From Gemmatimonadota bacterium (GTDB taxonomy: Bacteria; Gemmatimonadota; Gemmatimonadetes; Palauibacterales; KS3-K002), in NCBI GenBank assembly GCA_041617795.1, contig JBFJOD010000002.1, forward strand, positions 1,189 through 65,188: a DNA stretch of 64,000 nt, written 5' to 3'. The stretch's first letter is position 1, and the number at the start of each line of letters is the position of its first letter. This document shows, piece by piece, positions 54,472-62,858 of the stretch. A program made the position numbers and the translations under genes. A model generated the notes under the pieces. It worked only from the letters and a program-made list of their open reading frames with translations, did not search any database and was not told the origin of the DNA.

Positions 54472-56129
54472 CTCATCAGCAGCAGCGGTATGCCGAACTG
54501 TTCGCCGCGGAAGCGCGCGAGCACCTTGCCGAACTGAGCAGCAGTTTGGTCGAGCTCGACAAACAGCCCGGCAACCGTAGCCTGCTGGATTCAGTCTTTC
54601 GTTCGGTTCATACGATCAAGGGGATGGCGGCAGCGATGGGTTATGAGGTCGTGACCCGCTTGTCCCACAACGCCGAATCGGTACTCGCTGAGTTGCGGGA
54701 AAACCGGAGGCAGGTTGACTCAGCGACCATCGATCTATTGCTGGAAGCCTTTGATCAGCTGGGCGGGGCCGTGGAAGCGACTGTGGCTGGTGTGGAACCA
54801 CCCGATCCGGCTGTCACTATCGAGAGGCTGGTGCTGTGGCGCCGGGCGGGAGAGCGCGCGGCGGCGGCTGCCGCGCCAGATACATCGATCACCGCGCCTC
54901 TAGAGAAGAGCGCGCCTAAGCATCGACCTAAAGATCCCGGGCGTCTGCGCGTCGACGTGCGCAAGCTTGACGCTCTGATGAACCTGACGGGTGAACTGAC
55001 CATCCTGCGAGGTCGCCTCTTGGCTCTAACCGCCGATCACAGTTCGGAGCCGCTCCAGGAAGCGATGGAACAGGCGAGCCGGCTCATCGCTGAATTGCAG
55101 CTCCAGGTCATTGAGAGCAGAATGGAGCCGGTCTCCGAGCTTTTCGATCGCTTCCCGCGGCTGGTCCGCGACGCTGCACGCACGGCGGGTAAAGAGGTGG
55201 AGTTGTCGATCAGCGGTCGCGACCTTGAGCTTGATCGCACGCTGTTGAATGCGATTGCCGACCCCCTGGTTCACTTGCTGCGAAATGCTGTCGATCACGG
55301 GATCGAGCCGCCGGCCGAACGGGAAGGGAGCGGCAAACCTCCTGCGGGCCGGATCGGGCTTGCGGCGCGTCGTGAACGCTCTCGTGTCGTAATCGAGGTG
55401 ACAGACGATGGGCGCGGCATAAACTTGGAGACGGTTGCGGAAAAGGCACATGGCGCTGGGATGATAGAAGCAGATGCCAAACCCCAGGATCTGGAGCTCT
55501 TCCGGATTCTGTCCCGCCCGGGCTTTTCGACGGCTGACAGTGTAACGACGCTATCGGGACGTGGCGTGGGGCTCAATGTGGTTGAGGAGTGCGTCAAAGC
55601 TTTGGGCGGTTCGGTCGAGTTGACGACTGACCGCAATGTCGGCACCCGGCTTCGATTAGAGTTGCCAGCAACCCTGGCCATCGTGCGGGCACTGATCGTT
55701 GAGGTAGCAGGTCAAGTCTATGCGTTGCCGACGACCTTCACACGCGAGAGCTTCGAACTGCCGGGGCCCGCGGTGGAGCGTGCCCACGGGCGCGAGTGGG
55801 TGAATTGGCGCGGATCAAGGCTCCCGCTGACGCGGCTGCGGCCTCTGTTCGCGGCGGGCAAGAATAGTGACAATCGTGACGATGGTGCGATGAGTCGGGA
55901 CTGCGACGATCACGTATTGCGCGTCGTGGCGCTCGAATTTGGAGCGACGCGCACGGCAATCTCGGTCGATAAGTTCGTTGGGGAAGAGGAAGTCGTCATT
56001 AAGCCGTTTGATTTACCTCGTGGGGCTATTCCCGCATTTTCAGGTGCAACGGTCCGACCCGACGGACGACCTGCCCTTGTAATCGACGTTGGAAGTCTGG
56101 CGCAGCGAATCTCAACCCTCAACCTCTGA
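54468..56129 (+). CDS. cheA: chemotaxis histidine kinase CheA (P1-P3-P4-P5, no P2)
   Basis: 553 aa. Hpt site FRSVHTIKGMAAAMG, dimerisation region RVDVRKLDALMNLTGEL, N-box LLRNAVDHGIE, G1 DDGRGIN, G2 SGRGVGLNVV and a C-terminal CheW-like domain are present. Confidence 0.93.
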   Translation: MTHQQQRYAELFAAEAREHLAELSSSLVELDKQPGNRSLLDSVFRSVHTIKGMAAAMGYEVVTRLSHNAESVLAELRENRRQVDSATIDLLLEAFDQLGGAVEATVAGVEPPDPAVTIERLVLWRRAGERAAAAAAPDTSITAPLEKSAPKHRPKDPGRLRVDVRKLDALMNLTGELTILRGRLLALTADHSSEPLQEAMEQASRLIAELQLQVIESRMEPVSELFDRFPRLVRDAARTAGKEVELSISGRDLELDRTLLNAIADPLVHLLRNAVDHGIEPPAEREGSGKPPAGRIGLAARRERSRVVIEVTDDGRGINLETVAEKAHGAGMIEADAKPQDLELFRILSRPGFSTADSVTTLSGRGVGLNVVEECVKALGGSVELTTDRNVGTRLRLELPATLAIVRALIVEVAGQVYALPTTFTRESFELPGPAVERAHGREWVNWRGSRLPLTRLRPLFAAGKNSDNRDDGAMSRDCDDHVLRVVALEFGATRTAISVDKFVGEEEVVIKPFDLPRGAIPAFSGATVRPDGRPALVIDVGSLAQRISTLNL

Positions 56130-56138
56130 TATCCTGAA

Positions 56139-56765
56139 TTGAATCGGCCTCGAGAGCTTAGGGATCTAGAGCTTGACGCGCTTCGCGAGGTAGCCAACAT
56201 CGGCGCCGGCCACGCGGCCACAGCCCTCAGCCAACTGACCCATTGCCGAGTCATGATCGATGTGCCGAATGTCAAGATCTGTTCGGTCGCGGAAGCTGCT
56301 ACCTCTGTCGGCAGTCGCACCAGTGTCGTCGCCGCTGTGCTCATGCATGTACTGGGTGATCTGACCGGGCGCAGTCTGCTGATATTTGAGAAGGATTGCG
56401 CACTCAGGTTGGCAGACTTGTTGCTGAACAGGACTCCGGGGTTGACCAAGGTGTTTGCCGAACTGGAGCAGTCCGCGGTCAAGGAAACAGCGAACATCTT
56501 AACTGGCGCTTACCTGAACGGTCTGTCCGACTTGCTGGGTTTGATGTTGATCCCATCCGTTCCCAGCCTGGCGATTGATGTATGTGCGGCCATTCTCTCG
56601 ACCACTTATCTCGGTCAGGGAGATGAGCGCAGCCAAGTCATCATTCTCGACACCCGGTTCCGGTTCGACCCGGGTGATGAAGGGATGTCAGGCCACTTCG
56701 TGCTGCTACCTGATCCTGCGAGTCTGCAGGTTATGCTGAAGACGTTACGGCTCAAAAGCGTATGA
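56139..56765 (+). CDS. cheC: CheC-family CheY-P phosphatase
   Basis: TTG start. Two copies of the ExxN active-site motif are present (LDALREVANIGAGHAATALS and EQSAVKETANILTGAYLN). Confidence 0.85.
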   Translation: MNRPRELRDLELDALREVANIGAGHAATALSQLTHCRVMIDVPNVKICSVAEAATSVGSRTSVVAAVLMHVLGDLTGRSLLIFEKDCALRLADLLLNRTPGLTKVFAELEQSAVKETANILTGAYLNGLSDLLGLMLIPSVPSLAIDVCAAILSTTYLGQGDERSQVIILDTRFRFDPGDEGMSGHFVLLPDPASLQVMLKTLRLKSV

Positions 56766-59467
56766 AGGGTACGGCTCATTCTGAGGCTGATCTCCGCGTT
56801 CTCCGGGCGCTGGCACAGCGGATCGATCCGGGGGATGCCGGGGCCTGCAATAATCTCGGAGTAGTCTATCACCAGAAGGGGCTGTTCGAAGAGGCGATAG
56901 AACAGTTTCGCCGGGCGCTGGCCATCGATGGCAAGATGGAGGTGGCACGCCGAAACCTCGAAATCGCTTACCATCAGACCGGCCATTACGATCGACGCAT
57001 AGCGGAACTGATAGAAAAGCTCCGAGTTGATCCACGGGACTCAGAATCACAGTTCGAGTTGGCGGAAGCGTACGAAAACGCGGGGCGAATCGATGAGGCG
57101 ATCGTTGAATACGAGAAATTAGTCAGGAAGCGACCCGACGATGTGCGCCTACTCGTAAAGCTTGGCACCGCCGAGAAAAGGCGCGGCGAATTGAAGCGAG
57201 CGATCCGCTGGTACGAAATGGCCTGCCAGATCGCACCTGACCGACCGGTGATCCACTATTCACTGGGTGAAATCCTCTATAACCAGGGGATGAATGATGA
57301 GGCGGTATCGCACCTAAGACGAGCCCTGAGCTTGAATTCGTCGTTTGCCGAAGCCCATCACTTGTTGAGCTTCGTTTACGGCGACATCGGCGAGGCGGAC
57401 AAGGCGGCGGAGCACGCCAAGCGCGCCGCAACGCTTAATCCCGCGGCGGCCAAGGTTCAAACGAACTTATCGCTCGACCGCTACAGCGCCGCTCGCTATG
57501 TCGAACTCACAGGTAGTGCGCCCTCACCAACGGCGGACAGTCAGCAGGCGTTTGCGCACTACACACTTGGCATCGCCTTCCGGGCACGAGGTTTTTACGA
57601 GGAGGCTCGGCGTGAATTCGCTCGGGGGCGTGAGGTGGGCGAGGATGCTTCTCTGATCGACCAGGCCGAGGCCGAGCTAGCCTTGCTGGATGGAGATGCA
57701 GAAGGGGCGCTGGTCCGCTATGACGCTTTGTTGGCACTGACCAGTGAAAGCCCCAAGCTATGGAACGAGCGTGGCGTAACGTTACATCAGGTCGGCCGTC
57801 TCGAGGAAGCCGAACAGAGCTATCGCCGTGCACTCAAGATCGATGGCAAGTATGCGCTGGCCTGGAATAACGTCGGCGTGCTGAGCGTGCACGGCGGTGA
57901 TTTGCCAGAGGGTGAAGCTGCGTTGCAGCGGGCATTGGAGGTGCGTCCGGATCTAGATGACGCCAGCTTCAACCTCGGGCTGCTCTGGATCAAGACGAAT
58001 CGGGCCGAACGCAGCCTGCGGCTTTACCGAGAGATGCTGCTGGCCGACTCAGGACGTGCGGATGCGTGGACCGGTTTGGGTTCGGCATTGATGGCGATGG
58101 ATCGCACGGCCGATGCTCGCAACGCCTTCGCGCGAGCGGTTGAAGTGGATCCGAGTTTCGCACCGGCTCGCTACAACTTGAGTTTCTTGTTGGCGCGTTT
58201 GGGCGATCACGCCGGCGCCTTGCGGGAAACCAAGATCGCGTTAGAGCTCGATCCATATTACACAGCTCCCCGCTACAAGCTATCGATCGATTTGCAGTAC
58301 GAGGGCGGAGATGTTTGGGCTCCGGAATTGGCCGGACCGGAACGCATTCAGGCCAAGGACCCTGGCGTACGCGATTTCGAGTACAATCCGGCGGAACTGG
58401 AGGCGGTATTCAAGGAGCTGGAACCGTCGAGTCCGATGGAAGCAGAGGCGCCTGCCGTCGCCGCGGACTTGTTCCGGTTGGCTCGCGACTACCTGGCCAA
58501 CGGGTTGTACGATCGCGCGCTATCAGAGGCGGTGCACGCGGTACGGGCAGGCGGTGATGCTGCCGAGGGAGCCCTGATCATCGGCGAGCTTTACCAGCAA
58601 CGTGGGCTATACGGTGAGGCGCTGGAGCGCTTCCAGGAGGCGCGAGAGCTGCGGCCGGAGGATCCCGAAGTGCTGGCGGGTCTGGCGCGTTGCTTGCTGA
58701 GACTCGACCGGCCCGATACGGCGTGTGAAGTGGCCGAAGCGCTGGAGCCGATGGCAGCGGGTGATGTGTCGCACCTGCTGATCGTTGGAGAGACGTACAC
58801 GCTTGCAGGAAATGCGAAGCGAGCGTTGGCGGTGTTGGATCTGGCGGTCGACGAGGCGCCACGCGATCCGGTTGTGCACAGGCAAATCGCCCGGGCGGCG
58901 CTGTCGATTGGCAACCGACACCGCGCCAAGCAGGCCTACCGAGTAGCGATCGCGGAAGATCCAGACTTCACGGCGGCGCGTGTAGAGCTTGGGAGAATCT
59001 TGCTGGATGAGGGTGCCCACAGTGAGGCCGAAAATGAGATTCGGCAAGCACTGGAGCTCATGCCTACCTATGCGGAAGCGACCTTCGTAATGGCTCAGGT
59101 CCTTAGCCGGCAAGGGAAGGTTCGTGATACTATTAACCTGCTGGCTGATTTTCTCGAGGTAGAGCCGTATAATCTGGACGCTCTGAGTTTGTTAGCCGAA
59201 GCGCTCGTCAGCGCTGGACTGAAGCGAGAGGCGGAACGCGCGTACGAACGTCTTCTGAGATACGATCACGAGCGGCCGGCGGACCTGTTGAAGTTGGGAG
59301 AATTAGTGGCTGAAGCTGGCCGCTACCGAGAGGCGCTGGGCTACTGGCGACGCATAGTCTCACTGGCACCTGACAGCGAATTCGCGTCAAAAGCCAGGAG
59401 CCTGGCCAAGGCGGCTTTGGGACTGGAGCAAGCACCCGAGGGTCGGGCGACTGGGAGTGGTGGCTGA
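56762..59467 (+). CDS. large tetratricopeptide repeat (TPR) protein
   Basis: 901 aa, essentially all TPR-like repeats (recurring A..Y..AL...P....A...LG motifs). It overlaps the cheC stop by 4 nt. Confidence 0.85.
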   Translation: MKGTAHSEADLRVLRALAQRIDPGDAGACNNLGVVYHQKGLFEEAIEQFRRALAIDGKMEVARRNLEIAYHQTGHYDRRIAELIEKLRVDPRDSESQFELAEAYENAGRIDEAIVEYEKLVRKRPDDVRLLVKLGTAEKRRGELKRAIRWYEMACQIAPDRPVIHYSLGEILYNQGMNDEAVSHLRRALSLNSSFAEAHHLLSFVYGDIGEADKAAEHAKRAATLNPAAAKVQTNLSLDRYSAARYVELTGSAPSPTADSQQAFAHYTLGIAFRARGFYEEARREFARGREVGEDASLIDQAEAELALLDGDAEGALVRYDALLALTSESPKLWNERGVTLHQVGRLEEAEQSYRRALKIDGKYALAWNNVGVLSVHGGDLPEGEAALQRALEVRPDLDDASFNLGLLWIKTNRAERSLRLYREMLLADSGRADAWTGLGSALMAMDRTADARNAFARAVEVDPSFAPARYNLSFLLARLGDHAGALRETKIALELDPYYTAPRYKLSIDLQYEGGDVWAPELAGPERIQAKDPGVRDFEYNPAELEAVFKELEPSSPMEAEAPAVAADLFRLARDYLANGLYDRALSEAVHAVRAGGDAAEGALIIGELYQQRGLYGEALERFQEARELRPEDPEVLAGLARCLLRLDRPDTACEVAEALEPMAAGDVSHLLIVGETYTLAGNAKRALAVLDLAVDEAPRDPVVHRQIARAALSIGNRHRAKQAYRVAIAEDPDFTAARVELGRILLDEGAHSEAENEIRQALELMPTYAEATFVMAQVLSRQGKVRDTINLLADFLEVEPYNLDALSLLAEALVSAGLKREAERAYERLLRYDHERPADLLKLGELVAEAGRYREALGYWRRIVSLAPDSEFASKARSLAKAALGLEQAPEGRATGSGG

Positions 59468-60603
59468 TGCCGATCGAAGGCTCGTTACGTGAGTTTGCGC
59501 TGCACGACATTTTCCAGCTTCTACATATGTCGCGGAAGTCGGGAGAGCTGCGGCTGGTGCGCGAACCTGCTGGTACCAGTGGAGTGGTCGTTTTCAGTGG
59601 CGGTGCGGTAGTAGGTGCGACTCTTGGTGAAGCCTCACCGCGGCTGGGTTACATGTTGCTGAATGCGGGGAAGATCACCGAGGCCGACCTCTTCCGAGCG
59701 GGTGAGTTGCATGCCGAGGATCCCGGACGATCCTGGGGCGAGGTCTTCCGCTCGCTCGGAGTAGTCGAACCGGACGAGCTGAAGAAGTATCTGAAGTTCC
59801 AAGTCGAGGAGTTCGTGTACGAATTCCTGGATTGGCATGACGGTCACTTCTTGTTCGGAGAGCGCCCCGTCGCCGATGATGAGTGCCTAGCCTGGATTCC
59901 AGTTGAGTCTTTACTGATGGAAGGAGCGCGACGTGCCGATGAGTTGTCAGCGCTGGGCTCGCCGGTCGAGAGTGCTGAGGCTGTGCCACGATTGGCGCAA
60001 GGGGCGGCCGCGGATGGTGGATTGCTGGATCTGACGCCGGAGGAATGGGAGGTGTTGGGACGGGTCGATGGTTCAAGTGATTTGAAGGCGATTGCCTGGA
60101 CCTTGGGTCGAAGCGAATTCGACGTTAGCAAAATAGTCTCGACATTGTCGAACAAGGGGTTGGTGGAGATCGGCTCGCAGAAGGAAGTGGCGCGCACCAA
60201 ACCGCCGCATGAGTTGGCTTTGGATCTTGCCGGGGAATTGATCGAGCGAGGGGAACTGGAACTGGCCAGCAGCAAGATCAGCTCGGTCCTCAAGGCGCAT
60301 GAAGACGAACCGCGGGCGCATTATATGGCCGCCCGAGTCCTGGAAAGGAAAGGCGACCTTCGCGCCGCCGAACAAGGCTACGAGAACGCGTTGAGTTTTG
60401 ATCCCCTGGCCAAGGAGGCCAGGCAGCGCCTCGGGTTGGTGCGTCTGAAGCTTGGAAACATCGACGGCGCGGCTCGGGCATGGCGAGCCTATCTGAAGAT
60501 GGTACCCGATACGGTAGAGCGGCGGCGCGTCCAACGAGCGCTTAGCGCTGTACGTGAACTTCAAATTGTTGTGAGCGAGTTCGATGGGCGCGAGCGGCCG
60601 TAG
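59467..60603 (+). CDS. DUF4388 (PATAN) domain protein with a central wHTH-like segment and C-terminal TPR
   Basis: 378 aa. MPIEGSLREFALHDIFQLLHMSRKSGELRL is the typical DUF4388 N-terminus. The middle LDLTPEEWEVLGRVDGSSDLKAIAWTLGRSEFDVSKIVSTLSNKGLVEI looks like a winged helix similar to DUF742/CvnC. TPR-like repeats form the C-terminus. Confidence 0.75.
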   Translation: MPIEGSLREFALHDIFQLLHMSRKSGELRLVREPAGTSGVVVFSGGAVVGATLGEASPRLGYMLLNAGKITEADLFRAGELHAEDPGRSWGEVFRSLGVVEPDELKKYLKFQVEEFVYEFLDWHDGHFLFGERPVADDECLAWIPVESLLMEGARRADELSALGSPVESAEAVPRLAQGAAADGGLLDLTPEEWEVLGRVDGSSDLKAIAWTLGRSEFDVSKIVSTLSNKGLVEIGSQKEVARTKPPHELALDLAGELIERGELELASSKISSVLKAHEDEPRAHYMAARVLERKGDLRAAEQGYENALSFDPLAKEARQRLGLVRLKLGNIDGAARAWRAYLKMVPDTVERRRVQRALSAVRELQIVVSEFDGRERP

Positions 60604-61387
60604 ATCCCTGCAGGAACTGACGGCCGAAGTCGCCACGAATCCCAACTCGACGGCGTTCGTTGAGCTTGCGGCAGCGTACCGCGAACGCGGTGATCTCGAA
60701 CGCGCGCTGCGTTTGTGTTTGCGGGGCTTGGAGCGCCACCCAACTCACGTTGAGGCTCACTTCGAGCTGGGGCGTATCTACGAGGCACGAGGCGACCGGG
60801 AACTGGCGCTCGACGAGTGGGGAATCGTCCGCCAACTCGCGCCGGATCATCTGCCATCAAGAATCGCTCTGGTGGGGCTGTACCTGGACGAAGCGAGGTT
60901 GGCGGATGCGGAAGTAGAATTGCGTGAAGCGCAGTCGGTCGCAGCCAGCCACCCGACGGTCAAACAACTTCGGCAGCGCCTGGAGGCGGCCAGCCGGGAT
61001 GGACGCGATAGTGAGGAACCACCGGCTCTCGATCCGTTCGATTCGCTCGCCCGAGAATTCCCTGGGCTTATTGGAGTGCTGCTGGCTGATCAGGAAGGCC
61101 AGTTACTCAAAGGCCGAATGACAAAGCGAGGTGCCGAGTCAGACCGCATGTTGGCTGTAACACTAAGTGGCGCGCGCAAGGAAGCGGACCGAGTGGCAAA
61201 TTATCTGGGGTTGGGTGACCTGAAAGGCATCGTGATCGAGAGCTCGGCCACTCGGCTGACGGTGGCGCCCGTTCAGAACCGCCTGGTAATCGTTGCTATG
61301 GCCAGTCACGTGCCGGCCGGACGCTCAGCGCTCGCCGTGCGACGGGCCGAGGAACTTGCCGAAGTGCAAAGTGGTGACGGGCGATGA
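60584..61387 (+). CDS. TPR-Roadblock/LC7 fusion protein
   Basis: 267 aa. The N-terminus has TPR repeats (AFVELAAAYRERGDLERALRLCLRGLERHPTHVEAHFELGRIYEARGD). The C-terminal approximately 110 aa (GLIGVLLADQEGQLLKG...LKGIVIESSATRLTVAPV..RLVIVAMAS) has the Roadblock/LC7 pattern. It overlaps the upstream gene by 20 nt. Confidence 0.7.
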   Translation: MGASGRRSLQELTAEVATNPNSTAFVELAAAYRERGDLERALRLCLRGLERHPTHVEAHFELGRIYEARGDRELALDEWGIVRQLAPDHLPSRIALVGLYLDEARLADAEVELREAQSVAASHPTVKQLRQRLEAASRDGRDSEEPPALDPFDSLAREFPGLIGVLLADQEGQLLKGRMTKRGAESDRMLAVTLSGARKEADRVANYLGLGDLKGIVIESSATRLTVAPVQNRLVIVAMASHVPAGRSALAVRRAEELAEVQSGDGR

Positions 61388-61743
61388 GCACGGCGTACGA
61401 TGCTTTGCTGTCGGGACTGATGCGCACGGCGGGAGTTCGTGGAGCGCTCGTCGTTGCTGTGCCTGATGGTTTGGTGGTGGACGGCCGAGTCCATGTCGGG
61501 GTAAGAAGTGACGCGGTCGCCGCACTAGCCGCCTCACTCTACCGTCGTGCCTGCCGGGCCACCGGGGCGCGCGAGGGACAGTCGAGATTCGTCGAACTAG
61601 AGGCTGATCGTGGGCGAATCCTCATCGCTGGCAGGGAGGACCTGGCATTGATGGCAGTGATGGAGCGGCGGGCCAACGTAGGCCAGGTCCGCCTGGCGGT
61701 TCTCCGCGCCGCTGATAGTCTGCTGGCGACGGGGCAGGGGTGA
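61384..61743 (+). CDS. Roadblock/LC7 domain protein
   Basis: 119 aa. GVRGALVVAVPDGLVVDG...FVELEADRGRILIAGREDLALMAVMERRANVGQVRL is the Roadblock/LC7 (MglB superfamily) pattern. It overlaps the upstream gene by 4 nt. Confidence 0.75.
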   Translation: MSTAYDALLSGLMRTAGVRGALVVAVPDGLVVDGRVHVGVRSDAVAALAASLYRRACRATGAREGQSRFVELEADRGRILIAGREDLALMAVMERRANVGQVRLAVLRAADSLLATGQG

Positions 61744-61747
61744 ACCG

Positions 61748-62236
61748 ATGGATCGCCTGAGCCTCCAAGAGATTCAGCGAGCCTTCGTCGAGCCGCTCGA
61801 GGATTTCGTTCGTGAGGCCGGCGTGCGAATGGCGGTGCTGATCAATCGTGGCGGACAGGTTCTGGCTCAATCCGGGTTCGAGAGATTGTACGACCTTGTT
61901 GGAGTCGCCTCACTTGCGGCCGGCATCAACGCATCGAGCCGGGCTTTGGCCCGGCAGCTCGGTGAGGATCAATTCGAACACCTTCACCATGCAGGTGAGG
62001 CTCGCCAACTCTTTCTTGGGCACTTCGAATCAGCTGCAGGCCAGTTGATGCTGATTACCGTGTTCGATGAAAACTCATCAATCGGGTTGGTCAGATTGTT
62101 CTTCGAGGCGTTTGTTCACAGGATACAGCGACTTCCATCCATGGACACAGCGCGTCGGTCGGTGAGCCCGAAGGATTTTGAGAGCGAACTTGAGACGAGT
62201 CTCGATCGATTCTTCAAAGACTTGGTAGGCGGCTGA
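61748..62236 (+). CDS. mglB: MglB, Roadblock-type GTPase-activating protein of MglA
   Basis: 162 aa. It aligns closely by eye with my recollection of M. xanthus MglB (AVLINRGGQVLAQSG...SLAAGINASSRALARQLGEDQFEHLHHAGE...LITVFDENSSIGLVRL versus VFLVDKNGQLISSAG...SLTAGNVAAMGGLAKLIGENEFPNQFHEGA...VVIFDNRTSLGLVRL). It lies immediately upstream of mglA. Confidence 0.85.
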   Translation: MDRLSLQEIQRAFVEPLEDFVREAGVRMAVLINRGGQVLAQSGFERLYDLVGVASLAAGINASSRALARQLGEDQFEHLHHAGEARQLFLGHFESAAGQLMLITVFDENSSIGLVRLFFEAFVHRIQRLPSMDTARRSVSPKDFESELETSLDRFFKDLVGG

Positions 62237-62238
62237 TC

Positions 62239-62856
62239 ATGTCGCTCGTCAATTATGCAACTCGCGAGATCACCTGCAAGATCGTCTACTACGGGCCGGG
62301 CCGGTCAGGTAAAACGACGAACCTGCAGTACATACACAGCCGGGTGCCATGGGATCGCAAGGGCGAGATGGTGTCTCTGGCGACCGATGCGGATCGCACG
62401 CTGTTCTTTGACTTCTTGCCGTTGGAGCTTGGACGGATTTCCGGTTTTACGACTCGCTTCCAACTGTACACCGTACCCGGCCAAGTGTACTACAACGCCA
62501 CACGCAAGCTCGTGTTGCAGGGAGCAGACGGCGTCGTGTTTGTGGCGGACAGCCAGAGGTCGCAGCTCGAGTCTGACATCGAGTCTTTCCGAAATCTTCA
62601 GGAGAATCTGCTCGAGCGCAGCATTGACATCCGGGATATTCCAGTCGTGATGCAGTACAACAAGAGGGATTTACCCAACGTTCTCGATATGGAACGATTG
62701 GAGGAGGATTTAAATTTCAGGAATGTTCCGAGTTTCGCGGCATCAGCCCTGCTCGGTGAGGGGGTCTTCGACACGCTGCGAGCCGCCAGTGAAGGCGTCC
62801 TGAAGAAGCTAGCCAGAAAGCTGGAGACCTCCGCTGATGTGGCCGCAGGAGGTTGA
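62239..62856 (+). CDS. mglA: Ras-like small GTPase MglA
   Basis: 205 aa with high similarity along its whole length to M. xanthus MglA as I recall it. Shared segments are NY..REI.CKIVYYGPG..GKTTNLQYI, DRTLFFDFLPL (intrinsic Arg finger), RF.LYTVPGQV.Y (catalytic Gln), DGVVFVADSQ and QYNKRDLPN. Confidence 0.95.
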   Translation: MSLVNYATREITCKIVYYGPGRSGKTTNLQYIHSRVPWDRKGEMVSLATDADRTLFFDFLPLELGRISGFTTRFQLYTVPGQVYYNATRKLVLQGADGVVFVADSQRSQLESDIESFRNLQENLLERSIDIRDIPVVMQYNKRDLPNVLDMERLEEDLNFRNVPSFAASALLGEGVFDTLRAASEGVLKKLARKLETSADVAAGG

Positions 62857-62858
62857 GG

